DNA of 63,286 bases, filler included, from Reticulomyxa filosa (lineage: Eukaryota > Protista > Foraminifera): assembly GCA_000512085.1 (NCBI GenBank). It is 10 parts of 10 records of this genome, joined end to end, with 100 filler letters (N's around TTAATTAATTAA, not from the genome) between each part and the next. Parts side by side here need not be neighbours in the genome. Positions count along the whole stretch, not along the records: positions 1 to 12,798 come from ASPP01023428.1; 9 more parts are not named here. One strand, given 5' to 3'. Of this stretch, positions 1-12,898 are shown one piece after another. Numbering within the stretch: the first letter of the stretch is position 1; every line of letters begins with the position of its first letter. Position numbers and translations under genes: made by a program. The notes below the pieces were generated by a model. It searched no databases, was not told where the DNA came from, and saw nothing but the letters and a program-made list of their open reading frames with translations.

Positions 1-919
1 TTTCGACGTGGTCGTGGGCAACTGCTCAGTGTTTATAGAGTAATAAGTGATATAGTTTTAACTTTTGTGTCTCCATTGGATTTGCCGTCTGGCATTGATT
101 GCAGATGCTTGGTTGGAGCGACTATTGCAAAAACAAAACAAAACAAAACAAAATTTAAACATAAAACAGAAGTATTCTCATTGGATTTGTGTTAATGTTA
201 CTGCTAGTTTTAGTGTTAGTGTTGACAATATGCCTTTTTTTGAGAATGTCCATTTGCAGTGGCATTAGTTGTGGAATGCTTCAGTCTCACCTAATTCATT
301 TGCGTTCGTTGCTTGATCGATCGCGCTTTCTTTCGTCCAATTACGATCGCAGCGTTTCAATATCCGCTTGTTCAAACTCACTTCTTCATACTCAACTTCG
401 TCTTCCACCAAACTGAACCACTTTTTCATCAGTTCGGAGCTGGTGAACCGCCCTCTAATATTGTAATATCATTCCAAACTGACAATCAAAATTATATACA
501 TTTATATACATAATATATTAATTTGAGTAAAAATAATCTTGCATTAATTGCAACTCTTGCAAAAGTTAACTTTTTTCTTTAAACTTTGTATTTTTGTTTT
601 TCAGTTTTGTTGGTGTCGTCGAAGGACTCCAATCTCAATTTGGCTGTCATTTCGCCAGTGGTGCTCACCTGATGATTTTTCGAAAACTGTCCACATATAT
701 ATCTTGGAATTTGAGATCAAGAACAAGACCGCCAAAATGTTTGTCAAGTCTGTCAAGTGTTTTTCGCGCATTGCTTTTTTGAACAGCAAGTAATACGTTT
801 GTTCGGTGTAAGTGGATATCATTCTTTACTTTGCGAGTCACCGTACGAGAAAAATCTAACAAACAAAAAAATTTTTCGGACTTTGTCTTTCTGTTTATTG
901 TTGATTTGAAAACTTTCAA
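1..919 (-). pseudogene. Decayed coding-like sequence, unknown product
   Basis: Protein-like frames (NVLLAVQKSNARKTLDRLDKHFGGLVLDLKFQDIYVDSFRKIIR*APLAK*QPN*DWSP; SLE*YYNIRGRFTSSELMKKWFSLVEDEVEYEE) broken by in-frame TGA codons. Confidence 0.4.
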
Positions 920-1497
920 CTATTTCGATACCGAGATTATCTTCTGATTATCATTAATCATCAAGATGATTAACATATATATTTAGAATTACAGTACATA
1001 TCGTCGCTGTTTGGAGTTGATAAATTATTGTAAAAAAATAATTATGATGTTATGTGATGTCTAAATGAAAACAATCCGTTTAGCCTTGCCAAGCATGGTT
1101 CCGTGAAAAAATCATTAATGTTTTTTTGAAAATGTTTAAAACCAATATTTTGTTCATATTTCCAAACTATTGTAATAAATTCTAGGTTTATAAATTCGGC
1201 AACTCAAACTAAACATTTGGTAACATCACAAAACTAACAACAGCAAACGACAAGTATATCAGCAAAATTTCGTCCAATTTTCAAAATTTTGTGTTTGATT
1301 TCAAAAAGTTCAAACATGAAATAACCAAATGCTTCTTATTAACTTTATCAAAAAACTCAAAAGAAAAATGTATTGGCTAAGGCAATTTGAAAGAGTAACG
1401 ATTTGGATAAATGAATTTTGTCAAAGATCTTCATTTCCAAAATAAATGCAAAACAAAATGAAAATTTACAAACACAAAAATTAGCAAAAACAAGCGT

Positions 1498-4305
1498 TTA
1501 TTCCCATTCTGTGGTGCCTGGAGGTTTTGGAGTCAAATCTAACGCCACTCTGGCAATTCCTTTGACCTGCAAAATTCTTGTTACCATTTCATTCAATCTA
1601 TTGTATACCCCCAAAGAATTAGTATCATTCAAAGAATAAAACAAGCAAACAAATGTTACATTTTTTCGGGCAAATGAGTGTCAATGACAGCAGGAACACC
1701 GGTCATAAAGTCTCTAGAAATAAATGGTCGAATACAAATGCTTCGAGCTCCTTCGACACCAAAGTTCGATGGCTAGTTTGACCATTAAAAAAAAAACAAC
1801 TACGTAATATCACACAAGGAAACTTATGTGTGAGCTAAAAAACAAGTGTTTTACACGTAACGAAAAGGACAACTGGCACTTGGGCAATGGTATGCAATAA
1901 GTCATTAGAAAGCAATAATTGATTGACAATGTCATCACATTCACGCAATTGATTAATGACATCTGGAATCAATAATGTCTTGGTAATGGATGATTGATGT
2001 CCAGATAAAGCATGACCAAACAAAAAGACACATCGATTTACCTGTCGAACAACTCTGGGAATATCTTTGGCTAGTTTGTACAAGTCGTCCCACGGTTTCT
2101 TGTCCGTAGTGCTCCCACCTGACTTAAGAGTTAATGCTACACAATGACTGTAGCTCCGTCCGTCCCCCTTGAACACCAACTGTACGCACGGCAAGCAAAC
2201 TCACAGCAAATACATCCGTTTCAAATTGTTTCAGTTGCTTTCTGTAAGATTTGTGAAAGGGATATTGAAGCAAGTCCTTGTATAATTGTTTTGTAAAAAC
2301 AAAAGATGAATTGCATACAGAATGGTTTGATCATGTTCAGTTAAATAAGGTTCAGTGGCACAAATGATGCGAATGGCTAAACCAGGTCCGGGAAATGGTT
2401 GTCTCCAAACTAAATGTTTCGGCAAGCCTAACTCGGCTCCCAGTATGCGAACCTCATCTTTGTGATAGTCGGACAACGGTTCCACTACACGACCAGAGGC
2501 CCTAATTGAGGTCATGTATGTATTGTGTTACATTTTGTAAATTATAAAATGAGAAAGTGTGTATTTGTGTAATAACCTGAGCTGTCGCACCAAAAAGGTG
2601 TCGTTGTGATGGGTTTTGATGACATCAGCAGTATTCCCTTTGTTGGCATGTTGCGACGCAGACTCAATAAGGTCCGGCCGTAGAGTTCCCTGAGCAAGCA
2701 TCATTTCATCAAACTTCAAACCAAAGGTATTGCGTACGACATCTTCACATAAACGCATAAAAATATCGCCAATAATTTTGCGTTTGTGTTCTGGATTTGT
2801 GCATTCCTTTAATTTTTTGGTTTCTGCGCCGTCAATGATCGTTGTACCATTGTAAAACATTTCTGAAGCGTCCACGACGTGCACATCAACACCAATGTCT
2901 TCCAGAGCCTTTTTGACCTGTGCACTTTCGTTTTTTCTCATAAAGCCGGTGTCCACGTGAACGCAGTAGATCTGTAATGTGTGAAATGTATGTAAAGTGA
3001 CAGCAAACAGAGAATTGAATAATAAAAGGACCTGTTTTGGATTCAATGCTTGTCGCAGCAAAGCAGTGCAAACGGAAGAATCAACACCACCACTGATCAG
3101 AGACAGGACCTTTTTGTCTTCAACGCAATCGAGTATGTAACTGTAACACAGTCGTATGGACATCGTCCATTGCACAAATAAAAGATAAATGAAAGAAGAA
3201 AGAAACTCAATCGCAGCATCTTTTCGATTGCGCACGGTGAATGAAGGTTTGCAATTGGCAATTTTAAATAAAAAGTTGGTAAATATTTGTGGACCAAAGG
3301 TGGTCAGATCGACCTCTGGATGAAATTGAACACCATAGAAAGGTAGACTTTCATGTTCTGCACTGGAGATTATCTTGTTGCTCGACTTTGAAGTAACGAT
3401 GAAGGACTTGCCTGGATTGACTACCATGTCTCCGTGTGTCAGCAGAGCTGTTTACACGTCCCCCCAATAAACATTCAATCAATACTGTGTCATGCTTTCA
3501 AACAGAAACACAGACAATCTCACCATGCAAATTCTTAGAATCGATACTGTCAAACAGTAAAGATTTATCATGTGCCAACTGCAATAGAAATTGACCATCT
3601 TCTCGCTCTTCGCCTCTTTCGACTTTTCCTTCCAATGTGTATGCCATCAACTGAAATCCATAGCAAATTCCCAAAATTGGAATTGTTTTATTCTCTTTGA
3701 AAATCCGCACGTCACACTTGGGCGAGTCGTTTGCATATACACTCGATGGACCTCCCGATATTATTATGGCTTTGTATTTGCGCAGATCTTCCCATTTGGT
3801 GGTAAACGGCACAATTACCGATTGCACATTGCATTCTCGTACTCGTCGATCAATCACTTTGGCATACTGTGCACCACCATCCAAGATCGCCACAACGTCG
3901 TAGATTATTGATGACGACGTTCGTGAGCGACGGGTTATTCCTGCTTGTGGATCATCTTTACTTTCACTTTCGTTCTCTGTCACTGTTATCCAAAAAAAAT
4001 TCATTTGTGTCCATCTCCTAACTTATCAATTCGTAGTCTATTCTGGAAAAACTTGTTTTTAGCATACCTTCTTTATTGACCAATAGTTTGTTAATTCCTG
4101 TTAAGGAGGCTTTTATTTTCTCTTCCGTTTGTTGGTGGTTTTTGTCCAAACTCTCTGCTTGCAGTTGTGACTCAAGTGAATGCACTTCTTTTCCAATTTG
4201 AGTCAAAATCTCTTTCTGATGTGAAATTATATGCTGTTGCGATTTGATCGTCGCATTCGCCGCTTGCAGCTGTTGTTTGAGTTGCTCAAGTTCACTAAGA
4301 GACAT
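1498..4305 (-). CDS. GMPS: GMP synthase (glutamine-hydrolysing), multi-exon, with N-terminal coiled-coil extension
   Basis: GATase motifs [32 protein letters not shown]; ATPPase motifs [35 protein letters not shown]; C-terminus [13 protein letters not shown] (TAA 1498-1500); GT-AG introns; one G-run frameshift near 2165. Confidence 0.95.
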
Positions 4306-4568
4306 GATTTTTTATTATGTTTTCGAACCCGTTGAACTTTTCACGTGTGTTAGAAGAACAGTAAAAAAAGTTGCATTCTCCACAAAATGGCTGATAAACT
4401 CGGCACAAGACCAAAAAATTTTCTCCTTGTGAAAATATCATCTGTTGGAGTAACGCTTGTTTAAGAAAGCACAACCTCAAATAGAGTGGACAAGTCTAAC
4501 TCAAGAACACACTATGACATCTTCCCAACAAGCACTACCCTGGGCACAAACATTGATGATTGAATAGA

Positions 4569-5975
4569 TTATCCAACATTTTTGGTTAAGTCTTCACTGG
4601 GATATTTGGTTTGACCAAAAGAGATAATTCGTTCCATCGCATGAATATATTTTCTTTGCGTTTCGTCATTCATGACATCTTTTTTTTTTTTCAAATGAAA
4701 TATACAAGATTTACAAAAGGAAAATAAAGAAAAATAAATAAATAAGAATAATAAGGACTCTTTCACACATACGCGCAATTTGTGAGGAAAAGATTTTGGA
4801 TCGTCCACTTCGTTCATGGATACCAACCATGGTAACTCCCATGGGCCATGGTGCATTTCCAATGGCGAGCTCCAAAAAAATAGTTTTGGCCAAGCTGTAA
4901 TCCCTTTTTTCGACAGCTTTAACAATTTTTTCAGATTTGTCCAAGACATCGATGGGCACAGTGCGATTCTTTAGTTGTTTAAATAATGGCCGAATATCTC
5001 TACGAGTTTGTTTTTGTCGCATGGTTTCATGTTTTCCTTCAACTGATTGTTTGGCCTCTTCGCTCCTTTGAAGCAATGATTTTTCCCAATCGCGTAGCAA
5101 GCGCTTAAAGAAATATAATACATAGTCTTCACTATGTTCAAAATCATTTCGAGTCATCGGAATGTCATACTTTGATTCCTTTTTCTTTTCGTGTGTTTCC
5201 GACTTTTCTGTTTTGTTGGGTCCGCCCATTGCTATTTTTTGTTTTTGTTATTTTTTTTTAATTAATTGTTAGTCGTGCTGTCGCATTGAATATACACACA
5301 TACATTACCTAAGGCCTCTTGCAATTCCTTTTCGACCTCGTGAGCAATCGTGTGTGAATATTCATTCTTTAAACCTTTACTGGCCCCCTCTTGTTTTTCG
5401 TCTTCCATCAACTCCAGCTGTCGCAAGCGAACTATCCTCTCTTCGTCGGTTTCTCCGAAATAGCGGATGGGTTGACGAAGTTGTCGCAATCGTCGAATGA
5501 CTTCTTCTTCACTCAATCGGCCTTTGATTTGTTCTTTTTTTTTTTGTAACAATCGAATTTTAAAAAAGCACGATTACAAAATTTTTTTTTTTTTGCTTTG
5601 TTTTGAAACGAACCTACTTTTATAATTTTGTCACTCTTTTTTGAAAGGTCTGCCGTGCTTTGATTTGATGAAGTGCTACTTTGATCATTTATGTTACTAC
5701 CGTCATTCAGTCTTCTCAATTTCTTTGGAACAATATAACCATCTTTTTCTTCACGCTGGCGGCGCTTTGCTTGCTATTATGTTTTAAGTATCATTTTAAA
5801 ATGTTCAATCATTTTTGCAAATTGTGTACGCAACTTTCTGTTTCTTTTGTTCTTCCAAATCTCGCTTTTGCACTGAGAGCTCGATTTCTTCCTTCTCTGC
5901 TAACGTCAACCGCTTCGCATTTTTTAATTTCTCTTCTTTCTTAAATTCTTCAATTCTAGAACTTAGAATGTCCAT
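4569..5975 (-). CDS. PRP18: Pre-mRNA splicing factor 18 (PRP4-like/SFM motif + Prp18 domain), multi-exon
   Basis: LSEEEVIRRLRQLRQPIRYFGETDEERIVRLRQLE; AIGNAPWPMGVTMVGIHERSGRSKI; VMNDETQRKYI; ATG at 5975 (MDILSSRIEE). Confidence 0.93.
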
Positions 5976-6614
5976 GTAATATTTGAGTCAATACTCTCTT
6001 CTGTTTATCAATTCATATATTAAAAAAAAAATGCATTTTCGGCCCCTTTTTGCGAGGACAAGAGACCAAACCCTTGGTCAAAACATGAAGAATTTTTGGC
6101 TGAAAGTGAACAAAAAGGTTAACATTTTGCTTAACAAACGCTTCAGCTTAATCCTAGCAAAAAAATGTTCATCTTAATAAATGATTAATTTTATCTATCT
6201 TTAGTTGTACGTTATGGATTGGATATAGATACATTTGGAAATATGACGTTCGCTTTCGAAAATATGCAGATATGTATGAGGAACAAAAAAACAGTCAAAA
6301 TAAGGAGAAACAATAGATAATCGCAACTTGTCAAAAAATGAAAGAAAGGATGAACAGATAAGTATAAAAATCTCAAAACAAAAGTAACGAAGTTACCACC
6401 GAAAGAAATTTCAATTTTGATCACTTGCAATGCTGATTTCGCCAAGTGATCAAAAGGCATGTAACTAAATATCCTTGTCAGTGATATTGTTATTGTTGAA
6501 CAATTGGATGGAATCCATGTGAAGCAAGAAAAAACACCGAAGCAAAGAGCTGACAACATTATTTCAATCCTTAGTATATGACGAATAACGATCCACGAAA
6601 GAAAAACAAACAAT

Positions 6615-8423
6615 TTACAACGCAGTGCCTCTTTCCAAATTGGCTCGAACTTCGGCGGTATATTTTCCATATGCCCTTTCAACCTTTTTGTTGAACACCA
6701 TATTTCTACGATTAATGTAGGTGACATCTGCATCTTCGTAATAGCGACGTCTTCGCTGAAAGGATCTCTTCTTTTCGGTACTATCGCCACAAACACTATT
6801 TGTTGTTGTTTGAAAAAAATAAAAAAATAAAAAAATAACTTGTCATTAAGTTCTTTGACCATTTCTTCAACGGCTTCAGGATCAACATATCCTTCGCCGC
6901 CGTAATCTAATGAATTGACATCAGCCAAGTCTTTAGTGTTGTTATTCTTGATGACACCACCTTTTTGGATTTTGGAACAGCGTTTTTCATACGCATGATA
7001 TAAACTGTTTTGGTTAAATACATCCCATCCAAAGGGTGTCTCTTTTTTCGGATTTATTGGATTTGCTTTCGGCATATTGTGCTGATTCATATAAAAACGG
7101 CATATCTGGGTTGCGAAATGTCTCTTTCAATTTCTTATTTTTTGTTTCCTTTTCTTTTTCCATCTCCGAGCGAGTTCTCTTTTTCCCAATTATTTTGGTG
7201 TCGTTTTCTCGGTTTATTTCTTTTTCGTGTTCTTCTTTTACTGCATTATAATTTAATACTCTTGCCTGATTTCTTTTTTTGTTTTGTTTTTTAATTGCGT
7301 TTCTTTTTGTTAAAAAAAAAAAAAATAAACACACAACAAAACATTTTTTTGTTGCAATTGCCACAAACGAGCCAGTAAAGGATTGGACAGATCCGGCATA
7401 GCACCGCTGTTAGCAATATCTTTTTCTGTGCGAGTGGTACCTTTGCTTGCCACGGCCTCTTGAGACTTGGTCTCAGATGATATTGCGTTTTTTGTTGGCA
7501 CAGACGCTTCTTCTTTCTCTCGTTCTTTGTCTTTATGTTTTTGTGTTTCTTGTTCGATTTCATGAAATAAAGAGTCGAGCATTTCCAATTCCTTTTGGGC
7601 AGCCGTTTTGTCGGCTTTTTTGGTAATAACTCTGCTGTCCTCGGTCTCATTTTCATTTTCATTTTCATTTTCATTTGCATCTTCATTATCATTATCATTT
7701 TCGAGGATATCTTTGTACTCATTCAGCAGTTCATCGTCGCTTACATTCAGTCTGTCATCGTCATCCCAAACAAGCATTAAAATATATACACAGACAGGCG
7801 AACAGAATATGTGACAGACAGACAAAACCATACTTTTCATTCAGCATTTCTTCTTCGATTTGCTTTTCAATATTTCGTAATACTTTCATGTCACCACATT
7901 CCACAATTTCGACTGGAAATTTCGGACGATTCTTCAGATTGACGGGAATGTTTTCGATTGCGCGTACAATTTTCATCCCTGAAATCACTTTTCCAAACAC
8001 CACGTGCTTGTTGTCGAGGTGTGGTGCAGGACCACATGCAATGAAAAATTGAGAGCCGTTGGTATTGGGGCCTCGGTTGGCCATACTAATCAGCCCTTCG
8101 GTGTCATGCTTCAATTGGAAATTTTCGTCTTCAAATTCCTCTTTTTCAAAAATGCTCTCTCCACCCATACCATTGCCACGAGTGATGTCACCCGCTTGGA
8201 TCATAAAATTTTTTATCACTCGGTGAAATTTGTTACCCTTATAACAAAGAGGTTTTTCACTTTTTTTTGAAATTCCCTTTTCGCCTGTGCACAGACATCG
8301 AAAGTTTTCGCAGGTTTTGGGACAAATGTCATTGAAGAGCTCAATTATTATTTTTCCAACTCTTTCTCCAGCAATACTAATGTCTAAAAAAACTTCTGGT
8401 CTTGAAGAGGATTCCGTTGTCAT
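6615..8423 (-). CDS. Cyclophilin-type PPIase fused through an acidic linker to a C-terminal SYF2 splicing-factor domain
   Basis: N-terminal cyclophilin ([40 protein letters not shown]); C-terminal [18 protein letters not shown]...[48 protein letters not shown]; A-run frameshift near 7045. Confidence 0.85.
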
Positions 8424-8727
8424 ATTTTTTTATTATATCGCAGCTAAAAAGGGTTTTGCTCTAAAAAAATTTGAAAACTAAACGAATCTTTCTTTTTTTT
8501 GTTATGAGATTCAAGGCCATATTTTCACAAGTGATAGTAAAACAACAATTTTTTACTCTTTAACGTGAAAATCAACAAAACAAGATTATAACGATATCAA
8601 GCCACAAATTCTTTACTTTTTTGTGAAAAGGGGGTGAAGCATTTAAATCGTCATTGTGCATGTTTTGTTGGAATTTGGAAGAAATCTAAAATTTTTCCAA
8701 TCCATTCAAAAAAGCACAATTAAAGCC

Positions 8728-11700
8728 ATGGATTCAACCCTGGCATACGAATCTTTACAAAAGTATTCACCACTACACAACCCAAGCCCAGCGTTGTACT
8801 CTCAAAACGAATACGTGAATCAAATGAATATCAATCAGGAGCCCTGTTTGCTTGGCTATGAAAATATATTGGGAAGCGACGAACATTTTGAGGCCAGCAG
8901 TTTTGAAGAAAATAACAGTGTGAAAATAGGTCCAATCCATTACGAAGGAAGTGGGAGTGGTCATAGCCGTTACAGTGCAAATATAACAGGGCCGATCAAT
9001 CACAAAACGCCAATGCAATGGAGCAGTGATTTCGGTACAAGCAGCAATAGCAATAACAATAATAACAATAATAACGACGATGATTGTTTGATGGAAAGGA
9101 ATGAGACAAACAGTTGGTTGCCATTGTCACCGTCATTTCTGCACCTGAGCAGTCCCAATTTGATTGGTGAAACAAAGCACAAATTGAGTGCATTGAATAG
9201 TACAATGCATGACAATCAAATTGAAGCCAATAGCATTACTTTGAACAATGATGACCCCAATATGCCACACTTGTATGACAGCGTTTTCATTTTGCCAGCA
9301 TTCAACCATCCAATGTGTTACTTTCCCAATTCGAACGAGTTTACTCCGAACCACACTTTTCTTCGACCGCAAATATATCCGTATACGTACTTTGGTTGTT
9401 TTTTTTTTTGTTTTGTTTTGAATAAAGTGTGGTGTTTGATGTGTTTAGAGAAATGGAACACAGCGACGTGGCGCTTGGACACTTGGGTGGTGGCTGTGCA
9501 TATGATCAATCCTTTGAACATAATGAAGATATGGATTTGAATGGGAATGACATGGAATTGGATGATTGGAGTGCTGTTTTGGATGGGGACGTGGAGATGT
9601 CCTTTCGTCCGGAGGACATGTGCAGAAGCATCACTACAATGACTGCTACGACCACTGGCACTGCTGCTATCCCCATTCCTGTTCCTGCCTCTGCCTCTGC
9701 CCCTGTTCCTGTTCCTGTTCCTGTTCCTGTTTCTGCTGTCACGAACAACATCGGGGATATCAATCCCATTTCAGACATGTGCGACACACAAATGAAAGAA
9801 CAAAACCCTTTGTTGTTTTTGCCAAGTTTGCATTATACGCACTCCGATGTCACACCCAACGCCAATGCAAATCCAAACACGCAAATAAACACTAGTGCAA
9901 TTGACAGTGGTCGGCCAAATACGAACCATTTAATCGTTTCCAATTTGGACAAGGGTACCTATATTTCCTTGTGTTTTAATATATTCGACGAAAAATAAAC
10001 AAATAAACAAATGAATAATGGATTTCAATAGAAAGAAAATTAGTCAATCCGAAATTTTATCGATTGATCAACAGTCTGAAAAGCGAATCTGAAGACGGCA
10101 AAAGCGCGACAAGCCAACGAGCAAATGAGAAAACAGAAGAGCATAAGAGTGCAGAGCATAACCACGGCGAAGATGACGAAGAGCACATTGACAAAGACTG
10201 CAAGTCGACCGAACAGCAATGCAAAAAGAAACGCGGTCGTCCCAAGAAATCCAATATCGCCGTGAAAACAAAAGGCTCTGAAAAAATATCACACACCAAA
10301 CATTGTGTCAAAACTGTTCGTGTGAAATCCGAAGTATGTATGCATACATTTATGTGTGAGTCTCTCAAATTTTATCCAAACTCTAACAAAAAAAAAAAAG
10401 AATTTATTGTCGCGGTCGAATAAAAGCTTTTATCCTGGATACGCCCCACCGAGTGGTTTTTACAAATCGCAACAAGTAAATCAAATGACAGAGGCATACA
10501 AGTCTTTAAATGAAAAGGCGGATCAAATATGTGCAAGGAAATTTGGACAAATGAGCATTACAGCGACAAACGTAATGAAAAACTTAATGAGCGACGACAA
10601 GACCACATTTACAGTGCAGGCGATTCCGAATGGCATTCCCAATTTGTTCCACTATGATCCCACCACCATTTGCGTGGACGATATCAAATGGGACTTTTCA
10701 CAAAACAAAAAGAAGACAACGCAAAAAAACAAAGAAAAAAATAAAAGCAAAAACAAAAATAAAAAACCAAAACAAATGAAAATAAAAAACAAGAAAAAAA
10801 AAAAACTAAAAAAAATTAAAAAAACAACAAAAACGAGTATACCTGTGTCACGTGCACAAAATGCTTTAAAAAAAAGAGGCCGGCCTTGCAAAAAAGATGT
10901 GAAAAAAAAAAAAAGATGGACACACAATCGATGGATCACAATTCGAATGAACCGATGGCACCACCACAGTCCTCACTTGCGGAAGAGGGAGAATCTTGCA
11001 ACGACGGAAAAACGGTGGATGATTTGTCCTCAATTCCTCATTTGGAACAAATGCAAGATTTGACATACTTCTTCAATATGCCGCTGTTGCACGATGCACA
11101 ATCCAAGCTGTTCATCGACAATACCACGAATTTGGAGATCTTGTCGACATTCGACAAAGAAAATCTTCCGACGCAATACATGTCCTCGTTTTCTTCGTCT
11201 TCTCCTCCGAGTGAGGATGCAAATGACCCCGACGCTGAACTTCGAAGGGCATCTTTATTGGCATCGTTTGGAGTGAAATCGGCATTTACCAATTTGAAAC
11301 ACAAAATGGGATATCACAAAGACACGGAAACGTTGGCCACGTCGCCATTGCCCAATCTGCCAAATACGTTTGCAATGACGGAAGAATGTACTTTTGATGC
11401 AAAGAGCAATTGTCCAACGCTGTACACTAATCGCAGTGAGAGTAGCAGCAGTAGCAATAGCAGCACTTGCAGTACAACCACTTCTGCAAGTGACAAAAAA
11501 TTCACGTGCACAAAATGCAATCAATCCTTTGCTCAGAAATGCCATTTTATTCGTCACGAACGACTACAACATGGTATTTCCAATGAAAGTGAACGATATA
11601 TTTGTCAATATTGTCCAAAGTCCTTTAAACAAAAATCCAATCGAAATATCCATGAACTTATTCATTCGTCAGACTACTTCATTAGTCATTTCTGGCGATG

Positions 11701-12184
11701 TGATTATTGTCCATTGGAAGTACCGGAAACGAAACGTCGCTTCACCAGAAAGTCTTCTTTGAAACGTCACATTGATAGCAAACATCTCGAAGTGACCTGG
11801 GATCAGGTCAAAAAACGATTACCAGAGCCTCCTGTCCGAGAAACAGACGACGAATGGGACATCCATTCATCCTCACAAACTATCATCCATTCCGATCAAT
11901 CTTCACAAAACAAAAGCATCGAACTTACAGCTAACGACAAATCCACTCCAATATTTCATGCCAACGGAAGCCCTAAAAAAAAACGTGGGCGACCCGTAGG
12001 TTCAAAGAATGCAAAGAAGAAAACATCCAATGTTTTGGTTACCGATATCTTTCTCCAAAATGAAAATAGTCTTTCTCAAAATAGTGTTTCTACGGAATCG
12101 CTGCACTTTTCCAATACACCAACAACTCCCCATCTTGCAGTTACTCCGCAAACTACTCATTCATCTAATTGCAAATTGTCATAG
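8728..12184 (+). CDS. Putative transcription factor: low-complexity N-terminus, AT-hook motifs and three C2H2 zinc fingers (exon structure partly inferred)
   Basis: KKKRGRPKK, KKRGRP and KKKRGRPVGSKN AT-hooks; CTKC..HERLQH, CQYC..HELIH, CDYC..HIDSKH fingers in ORF 10886-12184; upstream ORFs can be joined through GT-AG introns. Confidence 0.75.
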
Positions 12185-12798
12185 CCAATTTAAAATCAGA
12201 AAATACAAAATGAAATGGATTTTTTTTCTCTTAATATTTGCAAAGTTTATTACGGTTTGATTTTCCTTATTTTGGTTGTGTTTTTTCACTTGTCTTTGTC
12301 AAGATTCGCTTGTTTTTGTTTTTTTTGGATTATTTGTGAGAAGAAGACTTCCGGCTGGAAGGAGATTTTTCAGATTCTCCAAAAAATCTTATTGAGAGGG
12401 CGAAGAAAAACAAAAAGTAATATTTTGATTTTTGTTTGTTTAAGTCCCTTCCTTTTGTAGGAGTATCTGGTTGTTTTTTCTTCTTCTCATTTGTCATTTT
12501 TCTCTCGTGAGTTTTTCTTGGTTTTTTGTTTTTTTTTTTGTTGGTTTGATTTATTGTAAAACGCAATGGTACGTTCCTTCAAAAAAAAATCAGTTTCTCT
12601 TCATTTTTGTAATACAAATCGTATACAAACATTTTTGCGTATCCTAATTCTCCAAATAAAAATGAGATCGTTAAACACAGTTTTCGGTAATGTAACAAAG
12701 ATTTTCAGATTTAAAATTTGTTTTTAATTTTTTGTTCATATTTGAAGATCTTTCTTCTCGGGCAATGGGAAAGAGATCCTAAAAACATAATGCTTGAG

Positions 12799-12898
12799 NN
12801 NNNNNNNNNNNNNNNNNNNNNNNNNNNNNNNNNNNNNNNNNNTTAATTAATTAANNNNNNNNNNNNNNNNNNNNNNNNNNNNNNNNNNNNNNNNNNNN
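12799..12898. other. Artificial contig-joining spacer (N44-TTAATTAATTAA-N44); identical spacers at 16208-16307, 36454-36553, 39618-39717, 42741-42840, 47953-48052, 49822-49921, 57091-57190, 61551-61650
   Basis: Identical 100-nt N-run with an all-frame-stop linker occurs nine times; genes are truncated at these points. Confidence 0.98.

Noticed and set aside
10690-10860. Extremely Lys-rich stretch in the C2H2 gene as a special domain
   Set aside because: It is an A-rich, probably low-quality consensus, so the frame is unreliable
12799-12898. Recurrent TTAATTAATTAA palindrome within N-runs as a biological repeat
   Set aside because: It is an artificial all-frame-stop concatenation linker
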